Origin: Paracoccaceae bacterium | Lineage (GTDB): Bacteria; Pseudomonadota; Alphaproteobacteria; Rhodobacterales; Rhodobacteraceae | DNA: 64,000 nucleotides | NCBI GenBank assembly: GCA_965221935.1 | Contig: CBDCSZ010000063.1 | Span: 57,764 to 121,763 of the forward strand | Direction of reading: 5' to 3' | Shown: positions 19,740 to 27,552 of the stretch, piece by piece | Layout: each line of letters begins with the position of its first letter | Numbering within the stretch: position 1 is the first letter of the stretch | Translations under genes and position numbers: made by a program | The notes under the pieces: generated by a model | What the model was told of the DNA's origin: nothing | The model's database searches: none | The model's input: only the letters and a program-made list of their open reading frames with translations

Positions 19740-20734
19740 TGCCGCTGCTTGACGTCGAAAACCTGACCCTGCAGTTCGACACCGACGAGGGAAGGGTCAC
19801 GGCCGTCGAGGAGTTCTCGCTGAGCCTGGAGGCCGGCGAAATCGTCGGCCTTGTGGGCGAGAGCGGCTCCGGCAAGTCCGTCACCGCCAAGTCGCTGATG
19901 AAGCTCAACGCCGGCAATGCGGTCTACAGCGGAGAAACCGGGATCACGCTGCATCTTGAGCAAGGTCCGGTCGACATCATGAGCCTCAGGTCGGCCAGGG
20001 AACTGCAGCTCGTGCGCGGCGGCGCCATCTCGATGATTTTCCAGGAACCGATGGCGAGCTTTGCGCCGGCGCTGACGGTCGGCGACCAGATGGTCGAGCA
20101 GCTGCAGATCCACACCGACATGTCGCCCGCAGAGTGCCGCACCCTGTCTATCGACATGCTCGAGAGGGTCGGAATCGCCGATGCCGCCAAGCGTTTCAGG
20201 CAGTTCGCCTTCGAGCTGTCCGGCGGCATGCGGCAGCGGGCAATGATCGCCATGGCGCTGTCGACGCGGCCGAAGCTGTTGATCGCCGATGAGCCGACAA
20301 CCGCCCTCGACGTCACCATTCAGGCCCAGGTGATCGACCTGATGAAGGACCTGGTTCAGGAATTCGGAATGGCGATCATCTTCATCACCCACGATCTCGG
20401 AGTGGTGGCGCAGACCGCCGATACCGTCGCCGTGATGTATCTCGGCCGGCTGGTCGAGAAAGGGCCGGTGCAGGAAGTCATCAAGAATCCTTCCCATCCC
20501 TACACCAGGGGACTGCTCGAAGCCCTGCCGCGGCTGTCCGATCTTGACGCGCCGCTGACGCCGGTGCCGGGCGACATACCCTCGCCGCTGGAGCGGCCGG
20601 CCGGCTGCGTGTTCCAGACCCGCTGCCCGTCACTGGTCGGAAACGTGTGCCGGTCGGTGATACCGGACTTCCGGACCATCGGGCCGCGGCACCGCTCGGC
20701 GTGCCATCTGGTTGCGGCGGAGCGGGCGGCATGA
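19739..20734 (+). CDS. ABC transporter ATP-binding protein (DppD/OppD-like)
   Basis: ATG 19739 overlaps the TAA of the previous gene. Walker A is GESGSGKS and the signature is LSGGMRQR. The C-terminal Cys-rich oligopeptide-transporter tail reads CVFQTRCP...C...C. Confidence 0.9.
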   Translation: MPLLDVENLTLQFDTDEGRVTAVEEFSLSLEAGEIVGLVGESGSGKSVTAKSLMKLNAGNAVYSGETGITLHLEQGPVDIMSLRSARELQLVRGGAISMIFQEPMASFAPALTVGDQMVEQLQIHTDMSPAECRTLSIDMLERVGIADAAKRFRQFAFELSGGMRQRAMIAMALSTRPKLLIADEPTTALDVTIQAQVIDLMKDLVQEFGMAIIFITHDLGVVAQTADTVAVMYLGRLVEKGPVQEVIKNPSHPYTRGLLEALPRLSDLDAPLTPVPGDIPSPLERPAGCVFQTRCPSLVGNVCRSVIPDFRTIGPRHRSACHLVAAERAA

Positions 20735-21732
20735 GCCGCGACGTCCTGATTTCCGCCCGAAACCTTTCCGTCCGGTTTCCGCTTCGCGGCGGTCTTTTTG
20801 AGGAGAAGACCTATGTGCGCGCGGTGGAAAATGTCAGCATCGACATCGAAAAAGGGAAGTTCTTCGGCCTCGTCGGTGAATCCGGCTCCGGCAAGACGAC
20901 GCTCGGCCGGGCCCTGCTGCTGGCCAATCCGATCACGGAGGGCGAAGTCACCTATTCCGACGGCCAGGTGAGCTATGACCTGCGGAATATCACCGCACAG
21001 CAGCGCCGCGATTATTATTCACGGGCCCAGCTGATCTTCCAGGATCCATATGCGGCGCTCAGCCCGCGCATGACCGTCCGGGACATCATCGCCGAGCCGC
21101 TCGAAGTGATGAGGCTGACCCGGTCGCGGGCCGAAACCGACGAAAGAGTGCGCGAGTTCGCCGCCAAGTGCCGGTTGAACCTGGAGCACCTGCGGCGGTT
21201 TCCGCATGCGTTTTCGGGCGGCCAGCGCCAGCGGATATCGATAGCCCGGGCATTGGTGTCGCGGCCGCGGTTCGTGGTCGCCGACGAAAGCGTCGCGGCG
21301 CTCGATGTCTCGATCCAGGCCGATGTGCTCAATCTCCTGAAATCCATTCAGCGCGAGCTCGGCCTCACCTTCCTGTTCATCAGCCACGATCTGAGCGTGG
21401 TGGCGCATATCTGTGACCATGTCGCGCTGATGTATTTCGGGCGGCTGGTTGAGACCGCCCCGACGCGGCGCCTTTTTGCGAACCCGAAACACCCCTATAC
21501 CAAGGCCCTGCTGTCGGCCATTCCCTCGCTCGACCCGGACGTGCGCGGCACAGGGCAGAAGCTCGAGGGCGAGATTCCGTCACAGACGAATCCGCCGCCC
21601 GGCTGCAAGTTCCAGACCCGCTGCCCGTTTGCGGTCGATCACTGCCGGGAAGAGGAACCGGCGCTGGAACCCGTCGAGGGAGAACACAATGTCGCCTGCC
21701 ACAGGTGGCGGGAACTCGAGGCCGCCGCCTGA
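20731..21732 (+). CDS. ABC transporter ATP-binding protein (DppF/OppF-like)
   Basis: ATG 20731 forms an ATGA overlap with the upstream stop. Walker A is GESGSGKTT and the signature is FSGGQRQR. The C-terminal tail reads CKFQTRCPFAVDHC. Confidence 0.9.
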   Translation: MSRDVLISARNLSVRFPLRGGLFEEKTYVRAVENVSIDIEKGKFFGLVGESGSGKTTLGRALLLANPITEGEVTYSDGQVSYDLRNITAQQRRDYYSRAQLIFQDPYAALSPRMTVRDIIAEPLEVMRLTRSRAETDERVREFAAKCRLNLEHLRRFPHAFSGGQRQRISIARALVSRPRFVVADESVAALDVSIQADVLNLLKSIQRELGLTFLFISHDLSVVAHICDHVALMYFGRLVETAPTRRLFANPKHPYTKALLSAIPSLDPDVRGTGQKLEGEIPSQTNPPPGCKFQTRCPFAVDHCREEEPALEPVEGEHNVACHRWRELEAAA

Positions 21733-21884
21733 CGGGAATGCGCCTTCCGAACCGGCCAGGCGCAGTTCCAGACAGAATTCAGACCGGACCCGGCGCCGGG
21801 GCGATACCGGGTTCGCATCATCCGGATTGGCGCAGGCCGGCGGCGGAAAGCGTCCGCCTCCGAATTTGAAAGCGCCAGGCACTG

Positions 21885-22430
21885 CGATGACAAGTGGCTG
21901 ACCTACTTCACACAGCACGACCCGGACATGGCGAACTCGCTGCTTGACGAGACCGGCATGGTCGACACCGGCGGCGACGGTTTCCGGGAATTGCCGAACG
22001 GTGAGAAAATCAGGCCGAGTATGCGGTTTGCGAATCCGGGCCTCCCAGGTGTGGTCGTCGAACTTGCCGCCAGCGGCTGGGCCGAAGTCGGGGTGCAGAC
22101 GACCGTCAAGGAAATCACGCCGGACGAGTGCCGGTCGGCGCCGCTGGTGATCACGCTGGATGCCAACGAGCGCTGGGTGCCGCGCCGTCCTCTTCCTATT
22201 TCGGCCACCGGCAAGGCATGCTTTGGGCCGAGTGGGTGGAAAGTGGCGGCGCCGCCGGCGCTGAGCCGCCCGATTATGTCAAGCAGCTGATCGATGACAT
22301 CGGCGCCTTCCAGTCCGCGCTGATCTGCCATCGAAACGCGCTCAAGAATTTCGTGGAATTCCAGACTCAATCCTACTTCTACCACCGGACTTGCCCATAT
22401 CGCGCGACGCAGCGGCACTTTGACGAGTGA
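21885..22430 (+). pseudogene. 3' fragment of family-5 SBP gene (duplicate, deleted and frameshifted)
   Basis: Translations in two frames (21928..22290 and 22128..22430) match the last ~225 residues of the SBP at 15425..17470 (DKWLTYFTQ...GDGFRELPNGEKI..., ...HRNALKNFVEFQTQ...). There are internal deletions and a frame change. Confidence 0.85.
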
Positions 22431-22448
22431 TCGGTCAACGCTATAAGT

Positions 22449-22475
22449 GAGGCGGGCGAGATGTTCGCCCGCCTC
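22449..22475 (+). terminator. duplicate of the intercistronic stem-loop
   Basis: Same gaggcgggcga/tcgcccgcctc hairpin as 17489-17515, at offset 4960. Confidence 0.45.
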
Positions 22476-22528
22476 TGTTGTGGAAAGGGGGTCGGTCGCC
22501 TCAGGGCGATCTGACTTTGGGGAGCCGC

Positions 22529-23530
22529 ATGCAGTTTGCCAGATTCGTTCTCGTGCGCGCAGTCCTGGCAATCTTCACCCTGTTTATTGTTTCGCTGTTT
22601 GTGTTCAGCCTTATGGAGCTCGTTCCCGGCGACTGCGCGGAACGGTACCTCGCGTGGAAGACCACCCTAGGCGCTACGATCACGTTCGCCGACATTGAAT
22701 CCGAGCGGATCCGGATGGGACTGGACAAGCCGTTCATCGTCCGCTGGTCGACCTGGATCGGCAACGCATTCAGAGGCGAATTCGGCGAGAGCTGCATCCT
22801 GCGGAAGAACATCAACAGCCTGCTCGGCGACAAGTTCCTGATTTCGCTCGGGATCTGCACGGCGTCGCTGGTGCTGTCCTACCTGATCGCGGTGCCGGTG
22901 GGCATCCTGTCGGTGACCGCCAACAGCGCGCTGCTCAACAATTCACTGCGCTTCATCAGCTATCTCGGGCTGGCGCTGCCCAACTTCCTGCTGGCGCTGG
23001 TGATCATGCTGTTCTCCACGGTGTATTTCGGCGACAGCATGACCGGCCTCTTCTCGGCTGAATACCGCGACGCCGAATGGTCAACCGGCCGGGTGCTCGA
23101 TTTCCTGAACCATGTCTGGCTGCCGATCATTATCCTTGGCTGGTCGGCCACCGCCTTCGCCATCCAGACGGTGCGGGCGCTGATGGCGGATGAGATCAGC
23201 AAGCTGTACGTGACCGCGGCGGCTGCCCGCGGCGTCGCCGGCCGCCGCCTGATCCTGCGGTATCCGGCGCGGCACGCGCTGGGCCCGATCATCAACTCGA
23301 TCGGATTTGACCTCAACCGGATATTCAGCGAGCTGCCGATCGTCGCCTTGATCTTGACGCTGACAGAATCTGGATTGCTCCTGATCGATGCGCTGGCCAG
23401 ATCGAACGACCAGCATTTGGCAGGCGCCATCATCTTTCTGCTCACCGCCAGCATCATCGGCCTGAACTTCATCACGGATGTGCTGCTCGCTCTGATCGAC
23501 CCGCGCATCCGGCGCAGCATCCTGAGGTAA
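22529..23530 (+). CDS. ABC transporter permease (DppB-like), diverged duplicate, frame intact
   Basis: Same length and frame as 17569..18570. I counted about 17 amino-acid differences by eye, clustered near the N-terminus (LAYKNTQGAPVTIADIES versus LAWKTTLGATITFADIES). It is probably not part of a complete transporter. Confidence 0.7.
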   Translation: MQFARFVLVRAVLAIFTLFIVSLFVFSLMELVPGDCAERYLAWKTTLGATITFADIESERIRMGLDKPFIVRWSTWIGNAFRGEFGESCILRKNINSLLGDKFLISLGICTASLVLSYLIAVPVGILSVTANSALLNNSLRFISYLGLALPNFLLALVIMLFSTVYFGDSMTGLFSAEYRDAEWSTGRVLDFLNHVWLPIIILGWSATAFAIQTVRALMADEISKLYVTAAAARGVAGRRLILRYPARHALGPIINSIGFDLNRIFSELPIVALILTLTESGLLLIDALARSNDQHLAGAIIFLLTASIIGLNFITDVLLALIDPRIRRSILR

Positions 23531-23535
23531 ACGCA

Positions 23536-23607
23536 ATGGCGGACATCGCAGAAGTCAGGCCGGATGCCGCCGGCAAGGATATATTTTCCCGGACCCTGCA
23601 CGCCATC
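23536..23607 (+). pseudogene. DppC-like permease gene, duplicate copy, 5' piece (internal 456-nt deletion, then IS insertion)
   Basis: The first 33 nt equal 18576-18608. The sequence then jumps to the equivalent of 19065 onward, and is interrupted at 23607/23608 by the IS. Confidence 0.85.
23600..23607. repeat. target-site duplication, left copy (acgccatc)
   Basis: An identical 8-mer lies at 26909-26916, immediately outside the other IS end. The paralogous uninterrupted site at 19096-19103 has a single copy. Confidence 0.9.
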
Positions 23608-23632
23608 GTAAGCGGGTAAACGGCGACGTCCG
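23608..23632. repeat. IS66 terminal inverted repeat (left)
   Basis: gtaagcgggtaaacggcgacgtccg. The reverse complement of 26884-26908 is gtaagcgggtaaatggcgacgtccg, giving one mismatch. Confidence 0.9.
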
Positions 23633-23792
23633 TTGATTTAGCGTGGTTTCTGGTGTCGTTCTGGCGGCTGCGGCCGATCCTGCGGCTTGTGCATTCTCCG
23701 ATTTGTTGCTGCTGCGCCGTTTTTTTCGTTTGACACGATAGGCCGCCGGGGCTATTCCCGGCGAATCAAGACGAACCGTCGGGAGATCGGCC

Positions 23793-24458
23793 ATGGCATC
23801 ATGGTATGGTTCCAAAGGGACGACAGGGCTCTGCCAGCCGCTCATCGCGATGTGTCCGCCGCATTCCGTATTTTTGGAAACACATCTTGGGGGCGGTGCG
23901 ATCATGAAGCGCAAGCCTCCGGCGCTCAGGAACATCGGCATCGATCTCAACCGCCGGGCCATCGACAGCTTCAGCTGCGACTATCCGGTCGAGCTTCACC
24001 ACGGCTGCTGCCACGCGTTCCTGTCCGATTTCGACTTCGACGGCCGCGAACTGGTCTACAGCGACCCGCCCTACGTGCAGTCGGCGCGCAAGTCGCAGCG
24101 CCGCTATCGCTTCGACTATACGGACGCCGACCATGCCGCGCTTCTCGGCATTCTGAAGTCGCTGCCCTGTTCGGTGATGGTCTCCGGCTATCCGTCCCGG
24201 CTCTACGACGAACACCTCTGCGAGTGGCGTTCGCTGGAGATCCAGGTCAACAACCAGTCCTGCATCGTCACCGAGAAGCTGTGGTTCAACTTCGCGCCCG
24301 ACCGGGTGCACTGGGCGGCCTTCGCCGGACGGAACTTCACCCACCGCCAGGTCGTCAAGCGCAAGGCGGCGAGCTGGGGGCGGCGCTACGCGGCGATGCC
24401 GCCGGGCGAGCGGCTGGCGGCGCTGGCGGCGATCATGGCGGTGGAGGCGGAGGAATGA
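23793..24458 (+). CDS. DNA N6-adenine methyltransferase, D12 class (Dam-like), IS cargo
   Basis: 221 aa. The N-terminus has Y-G-S-K and the AdoMet-binding-like ETHLGGGA. The catalytic DPPY is present (VYSDPPYV). The start is preceded by GGGAGA. The stop overlaps the tnpC start (ATGA at 24455-24458). Confidence 0.8.
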   Translation: MASWYGSKGTTGLCQPLIAMCPPHSVFLETHLGGGAIMKRKPPALRNIGIDLNRRAIDSFSCDYPVELHHGCCHAFLSDFDFDGRELVYSDPPYVQSARKSQRRYRFDYTDADHAALLGILKSLPCSVMVSGYPSRLYDEHLCEWRSLEIQVNNQSCIVTEKLWFNFAPDRVHWAAFAGRNFTHRQVVKRKAASWGRRYAAMPPGERLAALAAIMAVEAEE

Positions 24459-26194
24459 GCGGGATCGACCCGTCCGACCCGGATGCGGTCCGCCGTCGGC
24501 TTGACGGGCTCCGTTCGGAATTCGCGGGGCTGAGCGGCGGCGGCCTGCTGCGGGGCGTCGCCTCCCTGTTCAGGGAGTTGTTCGGGCTTGCCGGGACGCA
24601 GTCGACGATCATTGCCGCGCTGCAGGACAAGCTCACCGAGGAAGTGGCGAAGAACAGTGCGCTTTGCGACCAGCTCGCCCGCTATGAGCGCCAGCAGCAC
24701 GGCCGGAGCTCGGAGAAGCGCCGCAATGCCGGCACCGCCTCCGAAGGTGGTGCTTCCGATGGTGCCGCAACGCCGGATGCCGGGGAGGATGAACCCGAAG
24801 CCGGAAAGACAACCGGAAAGAAAGCCGGAAAGAAGCCCCAGGGCGGCGTCAAGGGGCGCAAGAAGGATCGCGGCGATGCCGTCAACGGCGCCGGGCTGCG
24901 CTTCGGCCCCGAGGCAACGGTGATCGACATCGATGTGATGCCGCCGGAGATCGACGGGCTGGCGGCGGGCGAGTTCGAGCTCATCTCAGAGCGGGTGTGC
25001 TGCAAGCTGGCATCGGTGCCGATCCGCCACGTGGTCCTGCGTTACCATTACAAGAAGGCGAAGATCATGTCCTCCGGCGCCCTGGTCTGCGCCCCGGCCG
25101 TCGAGAGCGTGTTCAAGAATTCCTGCGCGGACGTGACCTTTATCGCCGGAATGCTGGTCGACAAGTTCGCCTGGCATCTCCCCCTCCACCGCCAGCGCCA
25201 GATGCTGGCCGGGAGCGGGATCACCGTCAACCGCAGGTCCTTGAGTGGCTGGGCCAACCGGGCGATCTCGCTGCTGGAGCCGGTGTTCGAGGCGCAGCGC
25301 CGCTCGGTTCTGGAAAGCTCCGTCATCGTCATGGACGAGACGCCGGTGCGGGTCGGGCGCGACCCCGCCAAGCCGGGCAAGATGAAACAATGCTGCTACT
25401 GGCCGGCGCTCGGCGACCGGGACGAGGTTGTGTTCCACTTCGCGCCCTCCCGCGCCCACCACCATGTCGAGCGGTTCCTCGGCGATTTCGAGGGCACGCT
25501 GGTCAGCGACGGCTACGGCGCCTATGCGGCGTACGCCGAGACGCGGGGGGCGGCGGTGAGACAGCAAAACTGCTGGGCGCATTCCAGACGCAATTTCGAG
25601 GAGCAGCTGGACAACTGCCCGGTGTTGGCCGGGGAGGCGCTGGACCTGATCGGGGGCATGTGCGGGATCGAGAAGGAATTCCGACTCCGGCCGCCGCCGG
25701 AACTCCTTGTGGCGCGGCGCATACACACCCGCCCGCTGGTCGACGCCTTCTGGCTATGGTGCGCGCAGACGCTCGGGGATCCGGCGCTGACGCCGAAGCA
25801 CCCGATCCGCCGGGCGGTCAACTGTGCCGTCGAACGCCGGCAGTCCCTCGAGGTGTTCCTCGACGACCCGCTGGTGCCGATCGATACCAATGGTGTCGAG
25901 CGCGCACTGCGCCGCGTCAAGCCGGGGCAGAAGAACTGGCTGTTTTCCTGGACGGAATCGGGCGCGTACAACGTGGGGATCGTCAACAGCCTCACCGCAA
26001 CCTGCCAGCTGCACGAGATCAGCCCCCTTGTGTATCTGACCGACGTCCTCCAGCGCATCGACACCCACCCGGCCGACCGGATCCACGAACTGACGCCGCG
26101 CCTGTGGAAGGAGCTCTTCGCCGACGCCCCGATGACCGGCATCGACATGACCGTCGTCCGGGCTCACCCGGACGCCACTTGGGGACCGTCGTAA
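24455..26194 (+). CDS. tnpC: IS66-family DDE transposase (TnpC)
   Basis: ATG 24455 follows GGAGG. Family strings seen: LPLHRQ, VMDETPV, SDGYGAY, CWAHSRRNF, TNGVERALR, and the C-terminal ELTPRLW. Only the part of the 835-aa ORF 23687..26194 downstream of 24455 is family-like. Confidence 0.85.
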   Translation: MSGIDPSDPDAVRRRLDGLRSEFAGLSGGGLLRGVASLFRELFGLAGTQSTIIAALQDKLTEEVAKNSALCDQLARYERQQHGRSSEKRRNAGTASEGGASDGAATPDAGEDEPEAGKTTGKKAGKKPQGGVKGRKKDRGDAVNGAGLRFGPEATVIDIDVMPPEIDGLAAGEFELISERVCCKLASVPIRHVVLRYHYKKAKIMSSGALVCAPAVESVFKNSCADVTFIAGMLVDKFAWHLPLHRQRQMLAGSGITVNRRSLSGWANRAISLLEPVFEAQRRSVLESSVIVMDETPVRVGRDPAKPGKMKQCCYWPALGDRDEVVFHFAPSRAHHHVERFLGDFEGTLVSDGYGAYAAYAETRGAAVRQQNCWAHSRRNFEEQLDNCPVLAGEALDLIGGMCGIEKEFRLRPPPELLVARRIHTRPLVDAFWLWCAQTLGDPALTPKHPIRRAVNCAVERRQSLEVFLDDPLVPIDTNGVERALRRVKPGQKNWLFSWTESGAYNVGIVNSLTATCQLHEISPLVYLTDVLQRIDTHPADRIHELTPRLWKELFADAPMTGIDMTVVRAHPDATWGPS

Positions 26195-26529
26195 CGCCTG
26201 CGGCGGCGCCGGACGGTGACGTCGATGCCGTCGATCAGCGCCATCAGCTCGGTCGATGACAATGCGAGCGCCGCATGGCCAGACGCCGGCGGCGGGGCGA
26301 ACAGGCCCTGCTCCAGGCGCTTGGACCAGATGAAGAAGCCGCCCCGCTCGAAGCCGAGGATCTTCACGATCGTCCGTCGCCGATTGACGAACACGCACCA
26401 GCGCCCGTCAGCCGGGTTGCACCCGAGATGGCCCGACACCAGGGCGCACAGCCCGTCGAAACTGCGCCGCATGTCGGCCGGATCACTCGACAGCCAGATG
26501 CCGCCCCGCGGCCAGCCGCCAAGCATCAC
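26164..26529 (-). CDS. tnpB: IS66 Orf2 (TnpB) family protein
   Basis: 121 aa. DMRRSFDGLCALV...VFVNRRRTIVKILGFERGGFFIWSKRLEQGLF... matches the IS66 Orf2 pattern I know (DMRKGFDGL..VF.N.R....KIL......SKRLE.G.F). There is an ATGA-type overlap with tnpA. Confidence 0.85.
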   Translation of the reverse strand: MMLGGWPRGGIWLSSDPADMRRSFDGLCALVSGHLGCNPADGRWCVFVNRRRTIVKILGFERGGFFIWSKRLEQGLFAPPPASGHAALALSSTELMALIDGIDVTVRRRRRRYDGPQVASG

Positions 26530-26810
26530 GAACGCCGAACCCGCAGGACGACCCCGTCGCCCAGCTCGAGCTCGACATCCCAGCCGGACACCGCAGGCGG
26601 CGCCAGCTCGACGAAGGAACCCTTCCCGCCCCCGAGGCAGAGACGGCGCCGCCAGTTCCCGAAGGTCTTCAACGACAGCTCACGGGACTCGCAAAACTCC
26701 CGCCGCGACAGCCCCGAACGCTCGAAATCCGCCATGATGCTGTTCCACTCCGCCTCACTGCGCACCACCGGCGCAGGACGGGAACCAGCCGAACCATTCA
26801 AACCTGACAT
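26526..26810 (-). CDS. tnpA: IS66 Orf1 (TnpA) helix-turn-helix protein
   Basis: 94 aa. Contains EWNSIMADFERSGLSRREFCESRELSLKTFGNWRRRL, an HTH-like segment. The start lies 98 nt from the IS end and GGAGG lies upstream. Confidence 0.75.
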   Translation of the reverse strand: MSGLNGSAGSRPAPVVRSEAEWNSIMADFERSGLSRREFCESRELSLKTFGNWRRRLCLGGGKGSFVELAPPAVSGWDVELELGDGVVLRVRRS

Positions 26811-26883
26811 GACAATATCCTCCGATCATTGATCAATGACCGGAATTATCCCCATGCACCCCCCGCACGGGCAACCGAATTAT

Positions 26884-26908
26884 CGGACGTCGCCATTTAC
26901 CCGCTTAC
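26884..26908. repeat. IS66 terminal inverted repeat (right)
   Basis: cggacgtcgccatttacccgcttac, the reverse-complement partner of 23608-23632. Confidence 0.9.
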
Positions 26909-26916
26909 ACGCCATC
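26909..26916. repeat. target-site duplication, right copy (acgccatc)
   Basis: See 23600-23607. Confidence 0.9.
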
Positions 26917-27552
26917 AACACCACGCTTGCGGTCGGCACGATCGGAGTGCTGATCTCCTTTGTGCTGGCGCTGATCATTGGCGGCATCTCGGGCTATTTC
27001 GGCGGGTTCATCGACTCGCTGCTGCAGATGCTGATGGACGCCGTCAAAGTCGTGCCGTCAATTCCCATGATCATGGCCCTGGCGGCGTTCGCCCCGGACG
27101 AATGGAGCGCCGAGACACGGTTCTTTTTCATCGCGGTCATACTTGGCTTCGTCGGCTGGACGACGCTGGCGCGCCGTATCCGGACCCATCTGCTGGCGGA
27201 GCGCAACCAGGAATATGTGCTGGCGGCGCAGCTGTGCGGAGCATCCTCCGGCCACGTCATCCGCCGTCACCTGCTGCCGAGCTTCACCAGCTACATCATT
27301 GTCGACCTGGTGATCTCGTTTCCGTACATGGTGCTGGGGGAAACGGCGCTGAGCTTTATCGGCCTGGGCCTCAAGGATCCCGTCAATTCGCTCGGTGTCA
27401 TGCTGCAGAACGTCACCAACGCCGACGTGCTGCTGAATTATCAGTGGTATTTCATTCCGGTCCTGTTCTTCATCACTCTGGTGCTGGCCTTCGTTTTTGT
27501 CGGCGACGGGCTGCGCGACGCCGCCGACCCCTACGCGGAAATCCAGAAATAA
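26909..27552 (+). pseudogene. DppC-like permease gene, duplicate copy, 3' piece
   Basis: Colinear with 19096..19739. I found one silent difference. ORF 26836..27552 starts inside the IS end and reads into this piece. Confidence 0.85.

Larger units (their letters stand above)
16786..21883 (+). repeat. copy 1 of a tandem segmental duplication (SBP 3' part, two permeases, two ATPases, 151 nt of 3' flank)
   Basis: The sequence from 16786 (cgatgacaagtggctgacc) reappears from 21885. The 3' flank up to 21883 reappears up to 29696, then the two diverge (g at 21884 versus t at 29697). Confidence 0.9.
23608..26908. mobile_element. IS66-family insertion sequence, complete, 3301 bp, atypical gene layout with methyltransferase cargo
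   Basis: The terminal inverted repeats begin GTAAGCG, the hallmark I recall for IS66-family ends, and match at 24/25 positions. An 8-bp direct repeat flanks the element. It contains IS66 Orf1, Orf2 and DDE transposase homologs. Confidence 0.9.

Noticed and set aside
23687-24454. N-terminal 256 residues of the 835-aa ORF 23687..26194 as part of the IS66 transposase.
   Set aside because: This part is Arg/Pro/Ala-rich with no family pattern. It overlaps the well-formed methyltransferase ORF in another frame. The transposase-like sequence begins at ATG 24455, which has its own GGAGG.
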